Below, one piece after another: positions 20,322 through 31,011 of a stretch of DNA of 64,000 nucleotides (its first letter is position 1; each line of letters begins with the position of its first letter). Origin of the DNA: a virus (lineage: Duplodnaviria; Caudoviricetes); IMG/VR virus record IMGVR_UViG_3300032324_000909, positions 76,532-140,531 of that record; one strand, written 5' to 3'. The notes below the pieces were generated by a model. That model saw only the letters and a list, made by a program, of their open reading frames with translations, was not told the DNA's origin and made no database searches. The position numbers and the translations under genes are program-made.

Positions 20322-21359
20322 ATGCTAAACTCGCAAGAATTAGAAAACAAACTTCGAATTTATTTAAAATTAAATAAAAATGTAATGCTAGAGGGCAAGC
20401 ACGGAGTTGGTAAAACAGCATTGATTCAAAAAATCTTTAATGAAGAATTTGGCGAGAATAACTGGATATATTTCTCTTCTAGTACCCTAGACCCATGGAC
20501 AGATTTAATTGGTGTACCCAAAGAATCGAAAATAAATAATGAACCTTGTTTGGATTTTATATTGCCGAAACAAATGATCAATACTAATTTAAAAGCAATG
20601 TTCTTCGATGAGTATAACAGAAGCCACAAGAAAGTCAGAAATGCTACCATGGAACTAATACAGTTTAAAAGCATTAATGGTAGAAAATTTCCTAATCTAA
20701 AAGTAGTATGGGCGGCAATTAATCCCTCAGATGACGAGGATGAAACATACGATGTGGAAAATCTAGATTCGGCACAAATTGACCGCTTTCAAATTAAAAT
20801 CAAAGTTCCCTATGTTCCTGATTTCGATTATTTTAATAATAAATTCGGAACCAAAATTGCCCATGGAGCAATTGAGTGGTGGGATGGATTACCAAAAGAC
20901 GCTCAAAAACTAGTGTCACCAAGGCGTTTAGACTATGCGCTTGAAGTTTTTAATGAAGGTGGCGATATATACGACGTTTTAGACGAAAAAACTAATCCTA
21001 CAAAACTATTAGTTACATTGCAAGTTGGCAGTTTGGAAAGTAAGATTAAACAACTATTTGAAGAAAAAAATGGCAAAGAAACACGGGAGTTTTTTACAAA
21101 TGAAAACAATTTCCAAGGATCCCTGCCAATAATTAAAAGAAACAAAGAATATTTAAAATTCTTTTTGCCGCTAATTAATAACGAACGACTTACAGCAGTA
21201 TTTTTCTCTGACGAGAAATCTCAGAAATATATTCTAGAAAACTCACAAATGTTCAAAGACGCGCTAGAAGAAATATCTAAACTAAAGGCAATTGATCCAA
21301 TGATACTATCAAAAATCAATCAGTCGTTAAAAAAAATTGGTAATGTTGTATACTTTTAA
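20322..21359 (+). CDS. MoxR-like AAA+ ATPase
   Basis: GKHGVGKT, FFDEYNR, AAIN, DRF, SPR; adjacent VWA partner. Confidence 0.85.
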   Translation: MLNSQELENKLRIYLKLNKNVMLEGKHGVGKTALIQKIFNEEFGENNWIYFSSSTLDPWTDLIGVPKESKINNEPCLDFILPKQMINTNLKAMFFDEYNRSHKKVRNATMELIQFKSINGRKFPNLKVVWAAINPSDDEDETYDVENLDSAQIDRFQIKIKVPYVPDFDYFNNKFGTKIAHGAIEWWDGLPKDAQKLVSPRRLDYALEVFNEGGDIYDVLDEKTNPTKLLVTLQVGSLESKIKQLFEEKNGKETREFFTNENNFQGSLPIIKRNKEYLKFFLPLINNERLTAVFFSDEKSQKYILENSQMFKDALEEISKLKAIDPMILSKINQSLKKIGNVVYF

Positions 21360-21568
21360 AAATTAAGCATACTCCTAAGAAATGACCATGCGGCTAACCC
21401 AGCCAAGCCATATGAGCCTATCATAGCGGCACCTATTGTGGCCCCAAAAATCATACATAAAACAGTGAGCAATAGGGCAATTATACTTAGAATGAGCAGT
21501 AAGTCAAAAACTGTACAAATTGCCCTTAACTTCCTTCTTTTGTTAACTGTAGTGCTCCTTTGTTTCAT
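21356..21568 (-). CDS. small membrane protein (2 TM), holin-like
   Basis: Basic N-terminus then long hydrophobic segments. Confidence 0.5.
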   Translation of the reverse strand: MKQRSTTVNKRRKLRAICTVFDLLLILSIIALLLTVLCMIFGATIGAAMIGSYGLAGLAAWSFLRSMLNF

Positions 21569-21575
21569 TTTGTTT

Positions 21576-21902
21576 TTAATTTTTTGACTGTTCCATTAAT
21601 CGCAATAAAACTGCGGATGTTTTTTCAAGATCTCTGATTCTCGAATCAATTGATTGTAACTGAGATGTTTGAGTGGCATCTATTTGATTTTTAATTTCTA
21701 ATTGTGCCAAAATTAACTCAATTTTTTTAACCCTATCATCCATGCGCTCAAACTGTATTCTACTTGTATAATTTTGCTGTAAATACAAATTTGCCGCCAT
21801 AAAAGCAAGAACGGAAACTTTCCAGATATTATCTACAGATAAGATGTTATCTAACTTTGGTTTTTTTATAAAATCGTTAACTTGCTCTTTGCTAATTGAC
21901 AT
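21576..21902 (-). CDS. membrane-anchored coiled-coil protein
   Basis: One hydrophobic segment then heptads; ATG 21902 follows ATGTAAATA motif. Confidence 0.6.
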   Translation of the reverse strand: MSISKEQVNDFIKKPKLDNILSVDNIWKVSVLAFMAANLYLQQNYTSRIQFERMDDRVKKIELILAQLEIKNQIDATQTSQLQSIDSRIRDLEKTSAVLLRLMEQSKN

Positions 21903-21999
21903 ATACTTATTTACATTCAAATAAATTTATTTTACATTAAATTGTATATTTCATGTAAAAATTATTGAATATATCTTATATATTGTATATATAACCGTA

Positions 22000-22794
22000 T
22001 TACTGTTCTTCCCAGTACCCGTTTTCATCTATGCTCCAATTTATTGCCTCCTCACTATCTGGTCTTTGGCGATAAAAATAACCTATAGAACCTTCTTGAA
22101 GGTATGTGTAGTTACATAATTCATGGCACAATAAAATTAATTTAAAATTAACAGACAAAGTAGCTGCAACAGCTGCCTCTTGGTTAGCATAATTACTCCA
22201 ACTACCAAGCACATTACCATACTTGTCCAAAGCTATAAGATCACCATATAATACAAGTTCTGTACTATCGCGCGCAAATCTAACCCATTTTACTATAAAC
22301 CAATCGTCTAACCATTTTTGTACACGACGTTTCGCCTCAAAAGAATGCCAGTACTGCCCAAAATCACGAACATTTTTAACCCAATCAAAATTATTTATTA
22401 ATAATTCATTTTCACTCGCCCAAGGACATTTATCACTCGAAGCTACGGGACCAAGACTAGCAAAAGAATTAAATGGGGGTGAGTCCGGTGGCCACCCCGC
22501 AATAACTTGTGTGGCCGGAGTTAATACTACCTTAAATTTTTCTTCTGCAGTTATGGATATACTAGGACCTGATCTCTGCTGTTGTTGAATAACTAACGGC
22601 CTTTGAGTAACTGCAACCCCCACAACATCAGGAGCTAACGTAATATCAAAATCCCATCTTAATGGGATTTGTAAATTCAATTTACGTTCTTGAAAACTAT
22701 TAGATCTACTATATCCGCCATTCTCTATAGGGTCAAAAGTTCCATCTGGAAGGATTTGCCCTTGATTAGGAGGTGGGGATGGTATCCAGTTCAT
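22000..22794 (-). CDS. hypothetical protein, putative late/virion
   Basis: ATG 22794 follows GTGTAATA motif. Confidence 0.65.
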   Translation of the reverse strand: MNWIPSPPPNQGQILPDGTFDPIENGGYSRSNSFQERKLNLQIPLRWDFDITLAPDVVGVAVTQRPLVIQQQQRSGPSISITAEEKFKVVLTPATQVIAGWPPDSPPFNSFASLGPVASSDKCPWASENELLINNFDWVKNVRDFGQYWHSFEAKRRVQKWLDDWFIVKWVRFARDSTELVLYGDLIALDKYGNVLGSWSNYANQEAAVAATLSVNFKLILLCHELCNYTYLQEGSIGYFYRQRPDSEEAINWSIDENGYWEEQ

Positions 22795-22858
22795 ATATAT
22801 ATTACACAATTAATAAAAATTATATTGATTATTTATTAAAATTTATTTATATATAGAT

Positions 22859-23395
22859 ATGCATTACCAAGAAAAAGTAAAAGAGTTCATGAACGTATTT
22901 GGTCAAGAATGCCCCAGCATACCAACAATACCTTCTACAGATATTAGAATTTTAAGAATAAAGTTACTTTTAGAGGAGGTTTTGGAACTTGCCGAAGCAA
23001 GTAGTATTCGAATACTCGATACATTTAATACCCCCCTAGATACCAGCTCAATTAAAACAAATAAAATCAAATTCAAAGAAATTCAAAACATTCCAGTATC
23101 CCTAGTTGGGATAGCGGATGCGGTTGCGGATATTTCCTACGTTAATTACGGCGCGGCGAATGCCTATGGAATAGATATTGCGCCAGTTGAGGAAGAGGTT
23201 CATAATTCAAACATGACCAAACTGTTTACGGAAGAAGAGGTAATGCAATTAAATCCAGATCTTTATACAGTAAAGCCCGTTGAGTTTTCGGGAAGGTCAT
23301 TTCTTGTCAAAGCAAGGGATGGGAAAGTTCAAAAAAGCCCATCCTATACACCAGCAAACGTTGGTAAATATATTGATCAACAAAAAAATACGTAA
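22859..23395 (+). CDS. MazG-like nucleoside triphosphate pyrophosphohydrolase
   Basis: LLLEEVLEL, DAVADISYV, EVHNSNMTK, DGKVQK. Confidence 0.85.
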   Translation: MHYQEKVKEFMNVFGQECPSIPTIPSTDIRILRIKLLLEEVLELAEASSIRILDTFNTPLDTSSIKTNKIKFKEIQNIPVSLVGIADAVADISYVNYGAANAYGIDIAPVEEEVHNSNMTKLFTEEEVMQLNPDLYTVKPVEFSGRSFLVKARDGKVQKSPSYTPANVGKYIDQQKNT

Positions 23396-23454
23396 TCACA
23401 TATTTTCTCTTTATAAAATAGTTTTTTTAAATTAACTAATATAGGTTTGCAATT

Positions 23455-23943
23455 TTAAAATTGCTCAATTGAAACAGTAATTGGTGGGGCAACTTTTAAT
23501 ATACGCAAACTAGGGCAGGTTGTATATTCGACAGGAATCTGAAGAACTATAGGTAAATTAAGTGCAAATACTCTTGCTTGCCCCTCAGTATTAATTGATG
23601 GCACTCTCTCAGGGTATCTCTTATAAAAAGCTTTAACCACTATTTCGGTATTGTTTTTATAAAATTCATATAAACCACCAATAATTGACATTTGCTCCTC
23701 TGTTGGCGAAGTCATTGTTAATAAACTATTATAATAATCAACGGCCCCTCTTTCTATTGATGATGGTGTTATAGAATATTGTCCGAATCTGACAGCCAAA
23801 GGGTTGGTATAGTCTGCCCCACCAGTAAAATTTTCTGTCCTTAATGAGAATACTGATTGCGCGTTAGACGCGAGATTACGCGCTCCAATAAATTCTGCGT
23901 AAAAATTTCTTCTTGCCCTTATGTTAACAGCGGCTTGTGGCAT
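23455..23943 (-). CDS. hypothetical protein, putative virion
   Basis: 162-aa ORF in minus-strand operon. Confidence 0.65.
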   Translation of the reverse strand: MPQAAVNIRARRNFYAEFIGARNLASNAQSVFSLRTENFTGGADYTNPLAVRFGQYSITPSSIERGAVDYYNSLLTMTSPTEEQMSIIGGLYEFYKNNTEIVVKAFYKRYPERVPSINTEGQARVFALNLPIVLQIPVEYTTCPSLRILKVAPPITVSIEQF

Positions 23944-23954
23944 AACAAATTTGC

Positions 23955-25085
23955 CTAGCTATCCTCACCAGTAGTTAATGATGATGGAGTGGTATTAATT
24001 AGCTGCCTGTAAGTATTTTGTACAGAATATTTCTGTTCCTCTATATCTTTAATAGCATTCAAATAGGCAGTAGACTGTGCAAATCTATCGGTTCTAGCAA
24101 TACCATTGCCAATGCCACTATAAGAATTTAAAAATAAATTATTTAATACTAAATCAAGTTCCCCACTTAAAGATACGGACAGCCCCTCAAAAGAACTTCC
24201 GCTAGAAAATAAATTTTGAATACCAGTATTATATATAGAAAGATCTAGCATTTTACTGGAAAAACCCCCAGTGCTTAATATAAAAATAGAGTAAGGAACT
24301 CCCGATGGTATTGTGCCATCCCAAGTAACTCCGGAATTTACATTTCCAAGAGTATTACCATAAAGATTAAAAAAGTTAGTTCCTGTCAAATTTCCAGACT
24401 GTTTTAAATAATCATTAAAACCACTTAAAAATCCTCCCGATAAATACGGGTTGGCAACCAAACCACTTGCTATACATCCGGTTTTATTTACGCTAGTTAC
24501 GCCAGAATAAAAACTACCAGTAGCATATGAACCAGTAGTATATAAACCACTAAAAGCCCTGCCAGTAATCAAATCATGGTCAGATACGAATACTATTTTT
24601 TTATCTGCCTCACTACCAGTTGTAACACACAATAAACCATCAATTACACTATCACATTTACCATAATAATTATTAGGATAAATACGTGCGCTAAAATCTA
24701 ATGCGCCATATTCTATAGAATGCCCAGTCACTAGTCTCACTGGGTTAAAAGTAAGATTTTCATTATCCGTATCTCCCAATTTTAAACCCAATGGGATCAA
24801 AAATTTCTGATATTCTCCATATTGAGTATCTTCAATACTAATTTCTGATGTATAAAATATATTAGAATCTTGAGATAAAACAGTACAATCGAATTTATTT
24901 GTACCCTTTTCTACTAGAATACCTGCCGTAAATACAGACGAATCATCAGATATAATTGGTCTAACTGAGGTTTTAGAAACACTAGCTTTATTAGCGCCAG
25001 TTGCGAATAAGTTAGTGCCTTTCAGTACCGAAATTTCTAATGAATTTCCTAATTTTTTGTAAATTTCTTCTGTATTTAGCGACAT
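23955..25085 (-). CDS. Ser/Gly/Thr-rich putative virion protein
   Basis: 376 aa, SG/TG-rich composition. Confidence 0.65.
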   Translation of the reverse strand: MSLNTEEIYKKLGNSLEISVLKGTNLFATGANKASVSKTSVRPIISDDSSVFTAGILVEKGTNKFDCTVLSQDSNIFYTSEISIEDTQYGEYQKFLIPLGLKLGDTDNENLTFNPVRLVTGHSIEYGALDFSARIYPNNYYGKCDSVIDGLLCVTTGSEADKKIVFVSDHDLITGRAFSGLYTTGSYATGSFYSGVTSVNKTGCIASGLVANPYLSGGFLSGFNDYLKQSGNLTGTNFFNLYGNTLGNVNSGVTWDGTIPSGVPYSIFILSTGGFSSKMLDLSIYNTGIQNLFSSGSSFEGLSVSLSGELDLVLNNLFLNSYSGIGNGIARTDRFAQSTAYLNAIKDIEEQKYSVQNTYRQLINTTPSSLTTGEDS

Positions 25086-25087
25086 AA

Positions 25088-25714
25088 TTATATTAGTGTT
25101 AGTGTTTTATTGCCAGTATTTAAACTAAAACAGTTACCATAAACACAAATTCTATGCCCACTTGCTGGAGTTACGGGTATATTTACAGTTTTTAAACTAG
25201 ATGCATATGTATATAAGTTAATATTATTTCCGGAGCAATCAATTACCCCTATTAAACTATTTAGGCCAGCGCCACTAATAGTAACGAACTCAGAAAAATA
25301 GCCAGATGGAGTATCACTTGATTTAGCCCCAGTATAAGGAGAACCATTAAATTCAATAGAATAGGGTAAGTAATTACTCCCAAGCTTCTTTAAATCTTGT
25401 TTAGAAAAAATTAAATCTTTATAAATATTATTCCCACTAACAGCAATTATATTACCACTTGGTAATGTACCACTATAGGTACTTACGCTGTCATATAACG
25501 CTACCTTTGAAGTATTAAAAATATCATTAAATGATTTATATGTAACTGCCACTTGAGGTGGGCGCGTTAAGTCGTCAGAACGAGAAATCGAAAGTGTTCC
25601 ACCAAGCGAATAATCACTACTTCCCGAGTAGGAAATCGGGGAAATATTAGATAAATTTTTTAAAGAGCTAGAAACCTGAGCCTGTCCCAACTTTTTATTT
25701 TCAACAACATTCAT
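25088..25714 (-). CDS. Ser/Gly-rich putative virion protein
   Basis: 208 aa; GTGTAAATA motif upstream. Confidence 0.65.
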   Translation of the reverse strand: MNVVENKKLGQAQVSSSLKNLSNISPISYSGSSDYSLGGTLSISRSDDLTRPPQVAVTYKSFNDIFNTSKVALYDSVSTYSGTLPSGNIIAVSGNNIYKDLIFSKQDLKKLGSNYLPYSIEFNGSPYTGAKSSDTPSGYFSEFVTISGAGLNSLIGVIDCSGNNINLYTYASSLKTVNIPVTPASGHRICVYGNCFSLNTGNKTLTLI

Positions 25715-25776
25715 TACAGATTATTTACACTATTTTTATAAATCGTATCACTTATTAGCTATGATTTAATAGCGAC

Positions 25777-26226
25777 ATGAGCAGCGAATACAATGAACAG
25801 CTAGAACTATTAGACAACTTAGTTGTTAATATTTTATTTTGTGCTGCGCCAAAATCAACCCTAGTTCTCACCAGAAATAAGAAGATTATAAAAAATGCAT
25901 TTTATAATATATTTGGTTTATATATAAAAAATACAAATCAATACGCGGTTTTTCTTAAAATATTTGACATTTCAAAGAAAAAGTATACCAATAATCAATA
26001 TATAAGCATGAAATATAATGATACTTATATCTTTAATACAAAAGAAGAAGTTTTCGCATATTTAACAAATTTTATGCTAGACACGAAAGAACATCAAAGA
26101 TTCTTAAACGAAGAAATTATAAATAATAGTAACGATTTATCTGGTACCAAAGCGGTATTTATAATGAATGAGTGGCAAAAAATTATAACAGACCACTTTA
26201 ATTCAAAACACTTAAAAAATAAGTAG
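25777..26226 (+). CDS. hypothetical protein
   Basis: 149-aa ORF. Confidence 0.65.
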   Translation: MSSEYNEQLELLDNLVVNILFCAAPKSTLVLTRNKKIIKNAFYNIFGLYIKNTNQYAVFLKIFDISKKKYTNNQYISMKYNDTYIFNTKEEVFAYLTNFMLDTKEHQRFLNEEIINNSNDLSGTKAVFIMNEWQKIITDHFNSKHLKNK

Positions 26227-26227
26227 T

Positions 26228-26572
26228 TTAATTCTGTAGACTTGCGTAACCCCAAATATTATTACCTGTTTCATTACAGTATAATCTAATATGACTAACA
26301 GGCGAGTCCATAAAAGCGGGCGCGGCATAGCCTGACGCAACCTGACTAAATTCATATATGTCAATGCCCTCATAGATGCCACCAGTCTGAAAAACAGCTG
26401 ATCCAGATAATGCTGTTTTACACTGTACTCCAACTGTTACAGTACCGGATTTATTGCCGTAAACTGCAAGCATGATATTTCTAGCCACCGCAACGTTTGC
26501 CCATTCCCCAGTAAAGGGAGTGGCCTGTCCTGTAGCTAAACTCGCTGTTCCAATGAATGAATATGCTGGCAT
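26228..26572 (-). CDS. small beta-rich putative virion protein
   Basis: ATG 26572 follows GTGTAATA motif. Confidence 0.6.
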   Translation of the reverse strand: MPAYSFIGTASLATGQATPFTGEWANVAVARNIMLAVYGNKSGTVTVGVQCKTALSGSAVFQTGGIYEGIDIYEFSQVASGYAAPAFMDSPVSHIRLYCNETGNNIWGYASLQN

Positions 26573-26625
26573 AAACAATATTACACGCTATTTTGGAATT
26601 TGACAGCAGTTTATCTATAATTAAT

Positions 26626-26754
26626 ATGGACGAAATTAACAAAATTTTTGTGCAGATAGCTTCATATAGAGATCCGGAGCTACTACCAACCATAAAAGAC
26701 TGTCTCGACAAGGCAAAATATCCAGAAAATCTTACTTTTGGTATATTGGTGTAA
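26626..26754 (+). pseudogene. truncated GT60 (GlcNAc transferase-like) gene remnant
   Basis: MDEINKIFVQIASYRDPELLPTIKDCLDKAKYPENLTFGILV* matches the GT60 N-terminal motif, stops after 42 codons. Confidence 0.75.
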
Positions 26755-26779
26755 TATAAAATATTTCGAATAGATAGTA

Positions 26780-27199
26780 ATGAAAAAGATAACTGCACAA
26801 AAAATACTTAGAAATATATGTGCAGACTATTCAGTAAAAATACGTTTTCAACAAAAATTAAAAAACTACACCGGATCCATTGTTGATGGGCTATGTTCGC
26901 CATGCCCCCAAAAACGAGTTATTTATATTAATAAAAGTTTCTCAAATAATAGAATGGCTTCCGCCATGTTTCATGAACTTGGACATATATACTGTATGGA
27001 TCATGGCATTTGGAAAAAATTTCATGAAGAAGTAGTGTCGCCACAAATAGCATTTAAAGTAGAAAACTGGATAGAATGGTGGGCAAAAAAAGAATGGGAC
27101 GCAAGAAAAATGAGAAAAATATTTGGACACTATAGCTTTTCTTATTCTAAATCTAGAGAGAGAGAAATACTAGAATGGATAAAAAAACATTACAGTTAA
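26780..27199 (+). CDS. HExxH metallopeptidase-like protein
   Basis: MFHELGH. Confidence 0.6.
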   Translation: MKKITAQKILRNICADYSVKIRFQQKLKNYTGSIVDGLCSPCPQKRVIYINKSFSNNRMASAMFHELGHIYCMDHGIWKKFHEEVVSPQIAFKVENWIEWWAKKEWDARKMRKIFGHYSFSYSKSREREILEWIKKHYS

Positions 27200-27244
27200 A
27201 ATTATATTGACTTTTGTTAAAACATATTCTATATTACTAGAATA

Positions 27245-28141
27245 ATGAGTAAAATTATTGCCATAGGAGACTTGCATAATCATTGGGCTCAAGCTCAATC
27301 GATTATTGACAAGTATATTGATACACACAAGATTGTTCTATGTGGTGACTATTGGGATGATTGGAATGATACTGCTATTGATGCAGAACAAACAGCCCGA
27401 TGGGTTAAACAATGTTTAGCTAATCCAAACATTATTATGCTCATGGGCAATCATGACATAAATTATGCCCATTTTAACCTAAGGCCCGGTTCCAGTCTTG
27501 GCAATCAGATCTATAATTGCTCAGGATACACCCCAGCCAAGGACGATGCTATCAATCGCATTATGACTAATGATGATTGGGACAAGATAAAGCTTGCCCA
27601 CAAAGAAAATGGTTTTTGGTTCTCTCATGCTGGGTTCCATCCTTTCTGGTTCTCTAGCCCTCCTTATGGAATGGATGATGAGATTATTGAGATAAAGCTC
27701 AAGAAGATTCAGAAGGCTATCGAGGATAGAGAGTTTAGTAATGAGCTTGGTGCTGCTGGAAGGTGTAGAGGTGGCATTCATCGAGTTGGTGGATTGCTTT
27801 GGAGGGATCAAATAAGGGAATCCTATACTGGTTCTTATTGGAATGATGAGTCTGGTATTAAGCAAGTAAGTGGTCATACCCCCATGCGAAATGGAATCGA
27901 TGTTGAAGAGACTTCAAACAAAGGTCTTTGTATTGATATTGATTGTGGACTATCTCAGGCGCTTGAAATCCTAGAAGATGGTACATATAATATTATTGAC
28001 ACTGGACTTGAGAACTTTTACAGAGCATCAGAAAGAAAGTTCGTTGAACAAGAAAAGAAGAATAAGGAAGAACAGAAGAAGAAATATCTCTATAACCTTG
28101 GAGCATATGATGACATCTATAACAAACTAAACAAATCGTGA
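27245..28141 (+). CDS. calcineurin-like metallophosphoesterase
   Basis: GDLH, GDYWD, GNHD, SHAG, GHT. Confidence 0.9.
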   Translation: MSKIIAIGDLHNHWAQAQSIIDKYIDTHKIVLCGDYWDDWNDTAIDAEQTARWVKQCLANPNIIMLMGNHDINYAHFNLRPGSSLGNQIYNCSGYTPAKDDAINRIMTNDDWDKIKLAHKENGFWFSHAGFHPFWFSSPPYGMDDEIIEIKLKKIQKAIEDREFSNELGAAGRCRGGIHRVGGLLWRDQIRESYTGSYWNDESGIKQVSGHTPMRNGIDVEETSNKGLCIDIDCGLSQALEILEDGTYNIIDTGLENFYRASERKFVEQEKKNKEEQKKKYLYNLGAYDDIYNKLNKS

Positions 28142-28335
28142 AAACTATTAGAATGGAAGTAGAATTAACTTATGATAATTATATTATGCATGAGAATAAT
28201 TCGGATGAGATTAAATGGTTCTACAAAGACATTTTAGAAAAGAAAGTATGTGAAGATGGATCTCCTAATTTAATTTTACATTCTAATGAAATAGGTGATG
28301 AGGTTGGTCTTATTAAAGTATTAAAAATTTTATGA
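28138..28335 (+). CDS. hypothetical protein
   Basis: 65 aa, start/stop overlaps both sides. Confidence 0.6.
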   Translation: MKTIRMEVELTYDNYIMHENNSDEIKWFYKDILEKKVCEDGSPNLILHSNEIGDEVGLIKVLKIL

Positions 28336-28691
28336 AGAAGATACTAAAACCAAAACAGATCGAGGAAGCAATTTACTTCTCAGACTTTACAGGAGAACCT
28401 TTTGATGCTAGGTTCAGACATCCTCCTGTAGAGCTTAAAATGAATTTTAATTACGGATCAAAGTATGATGGGTCTGAAATTAATTTGCACTTATCTGATA
28501 AAGATATGGAGCCTATTTTAGATCTTATTCAATCTAAGCTAAATCCAGATTTCAAGAAGAGTTTGCAACAAGATATTACAGAAAATACTCTAGAATTTGA
28601 TAACGCCGTGGATTCAAAAGACCCAATAATGTGTGATTATTATATCTCATGCTATAATCTCTTTAAAAAGCTTTTAGGTAATGGTGAATAA
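28332..28691 (+). CDS. hypothetical protein
   Basis: 119-aa ORF. Confidence 0.7.
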   Translation: MKKILKPKQIEEAIYFSDFTGEPFDARFRHPPVELKMNFNYGSKYDGSEINLHLSDKDMEPILDLIQSKLNPDFKKSLQQDITENTLEFDNAVDSKDPIMCDYYISCYNLFKKLLGNGE

Positions 28692-28728
28692 GCTTGACTA
28701 ATCATTTAAGGTTCTCTATTATAAGCAG

Positions 28729-29151
28729 ATGAACAGGCCAGTTATAGCATTTGACTTCGACTATACTTTAGCCATTGAAGAAGTGTCTGGAGGATGGATT
28801 GCTGTAGGTACAGGTGTTCTAAAGCCTATTCAAAAGATTATTGATATGGTTCTAGAGAAGGATAGAGAGGGGTTTGATATACATGTGGTTACCTATAGAA
28901 AAAAAGAAGATATCCCAGAGGTAGAAGAGTTTGTAAAGAAGCACAACCTACCTATTAAGGGTATTCATAGTACATCAGGAAAATCTAAGATTCCTATTCT
29001 AAAGAAGCTCAATTGTACTTTGATGGTTGATGATCAGGTAGAAGTCTGTACAGCCTGTATCATGAATGATATTCCCTGTTTGCTTGTTGATCATGGATTC
29101 TCTGGAACAAATAATGTTGTAGCAGATAGAATTGACAAAATTAAAGTTTAG
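28729..29151 (+). CDS. HAD-superfamily hydrolase-like protein
   Basis: FDFDYTL, VVT, MVDD; TTGACT-17-TATTAT promoter. Confidence 0.7.
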   Translation: MNRPVIAFDFDYTLAIEEVSGGWIAVGTGVLKPIQKIIDMVLEKDREGFDIHVVTYRKKEDIPEVEEFVKKHNLPIKGIHSTSGKSKIPILKKLNCTLMVDDQVEVCTACIMNDIPCLLVDHGFSGTNNVVADRIDKIKV

Positions 29152-29189
29152 GCTTGAAGTGTTCTAAAAATTCCTATAGTATAAAAACA

Positions 29190-29873
29190 ATGACCACAAA
29201 AGCACAAGCTAGAAAGAATCTTAAGAAGGCTGTTAAAGCCTATAAAGAGAAAGTTCGCCAACCTGTTACTGTTGAGCTTCAGGAAGAGCATATCCCAACT
29301 GTTCTGAAGGCATTGGAAGTGTATCAGCGCTTAAAACTTGGTCAGGTTAATATTGCCCTCGATGAAGCATTTGGCTATTCATTGGCCTATGAAGACAAAC
29401 AAGAGATTCATAATTGTGCTAGGAAGTATTTGTTCAAAGATACAGATTTAGAGAACAATCCTAATGTATCCTATGGCATCTATAACCAAGAGAAGGTTGG
29501 TGATGCAACTATGGCCTATGAGATTTATAAGGTTCTAGGGAGGTACAAAGCTTTTAAGGACAATGATGGGTGGGCAGATTATACCAGAAGGTTTGATAAG
29601 CCTCATTCTCATACTGGAGTTCCTTTGCCTGTAGTTCAAGGAGCTATTGAGCATAAGAACTTTAAGATCCCTAAGAAGCTTTGGAAGAAAATTGCTAATG
29701 CTATTGAGAATAAGGACACAGCTGATTGGAGTGATATCTGGAAGAGTATTGACAAAGCTATGCCTAAGTTGCCAAGAGGTGAGAAGTCAGAGATCTTTGG
29801 TGGAGACTTTATCAGTGATGGGTATTATGTAAAGGTTCATAGTCCAATTAAGCCTAAAGAGGAGGAGAAGTAA
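29190..29873 (+). CDS. hypothetical protein
   Basis: Start moved to ATG 29190 behind TTGAAG-17-TAGTAT. Confidence 0.7.
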   Translation: MTTKAQARKNLKKAVKAYKEKVRQPVTVELQEEHIPTVLKALEVYQRLKLGQVNIALDEAFGYSLAYEDKQEIHNCARKYLFKDTDLENNPNVSYGIYNQEKVGDATMAYEIYKVLGRYKAFKDNDGWADYTRRFDKPHSHTGVPLPVVQGAIEHKNFKIPKKLWKKIANAIENKDTADWSDIWKSIDKAMPKLPRGEKSEIFGGDFISDGYYVKVHSPIKPKEEEK

Positions 29874-29874
29874 T

Positions 29875-30222
29875 ATGATTGAACCAGTAATTGACATTGA
29901 TGGATATCCAACTGAAGAGACTGTAGAGTTTCTTGAACATTGGCAGAACTTTAAAGATGCTAAAGAAGCAATGGACTTTGCTTTGAAGGCATTAAAGAAG
30001 CTGTGCTATGCAACAGTGAAGCAAGAAAACAATTATATCTATATTGCAACTGGTGGGTGGAGTGGCTGTGAAGATATTATTAGAGCAATGAAGAAGAATT
30101 TTTATTGTAGTAATTTGCTTATTGCTTCATTATCTGGTGGTGGTTATTATTATGCTGACCCTTTTATTGATAATCTCAAGACTTATGACTTTAAAGTAAC
30201 AGTAGCCTATAAGATTGACTGA
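29875..30222 (+). CDS. hypothetical protein
   Basis: DGYPT...ATGGWSG.E motif; TAATATG coupling. Confidence 0.75.
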   Translation: MIEPVIDIDGYPTEETVEFLEHWQNFKDAKEAMDFALKALKKLCYATVKQENNYIYIATGGWSGCEDIIRAMKKNFYCSNLLIASLSGGGYYYADPFIDNLKTYDFKVTVAYKID

Positions 30223-30226
30223 TAAT

Positions 30227-30454
30227 ATGAATGACTCTATAGAACTAAAGAAAGATGAATGGTTGATGCCTAGAGTTTCAACTTATAATGTATATGATTT
30301 TCAAGCTATACAAAGAGCACCAGTGACTAAGAGATGGTATCAATTTTGGATACCAAAAGAGATGTTCATTTACACAACTGTTGAGAAAAGAAAGAAGACA
30401 ATTAAATTGCCTATAGTAAGGACTGATAGTGCCAACCTTGATGCATCCTTTTAA
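30227..30454 (+). CDS. hypothetical protein
   Basis: ATG after TAAT. Confidence 0.6.
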   Translation: MNDSIELKKDEWLMPRVSTYNVYDFQAIQRAPVTKRWYQFWIPKEMFIYTTVEKRKKTIKLPIVRTDSANLDASF

Positions 30455-30455
30455 T

Positions 30456-31010
30456 ATGAATGAATTTTTTAACTCTGAACCTTATATAGATAAAATCTAT
30501 AACTGTACTTGTAGAGATTGTGGAAAGGAATTTACTATAAATGCTCAATGTCATCCTAAGACTGGTTTTCCTGTATCTTTTATTTCAAAGTATTGTGAAG
30601 AGTGTAATATGAAGCTAAGAGATGCTTTTAATACTACAATACCTATTAATGTCTCAATTACTAATACTAAAGTACCTCAAAAGAATGTAGAAGGTCTAGA
30701 AAATACAATTGAGACTTTGGCAACTAGTATTGTCAATGTTAAAGATGAGTTTGGAGCATTTAAGAAGCATATTGAGCATGATATTGAACACAATAAAAAT
30801 GTAGTAGAAGACAAGCTCTATAGTCACAATAAGAGAATTGATGATAATAAGCTCAACCTAGATGTAATCAAATCTACTCAAAATATGATCAATGAGAGAC
30901 ACTTTAATCATATTAAGAAATTAACAAGAGAATCTATGATTATGTTCTTTATGGTCATTCTGCTTTTTGTATTTGACTTAGCTACAATTTGGTGTTATAT
31001 TAGGAAATAA
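30456..31010 (+). CDS. Zn-ribbon + coiled-coil + C-terminal TM protein
   Basis: CRDC...CEEC; hydrophobic C-terminus. Confidence 0.65.
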   Translation: MNEFFNSEPYIDKIYNCTCRDCGKEFTINAQCHPKTGFPVSFISKYCEECNMKLRDAFNTTIPINVSITNTKVPQKNVEGLENTIETLATSIVNVKDEFGAFKKHIEHDIEHNKNVVEDKLYSHNKRIDDNKLNLDVIKSTQNMINERHFNHIKKLTRESMIMFFMVILLFVFDLATIWCYIRK

Positions 31011-31011
31011 T

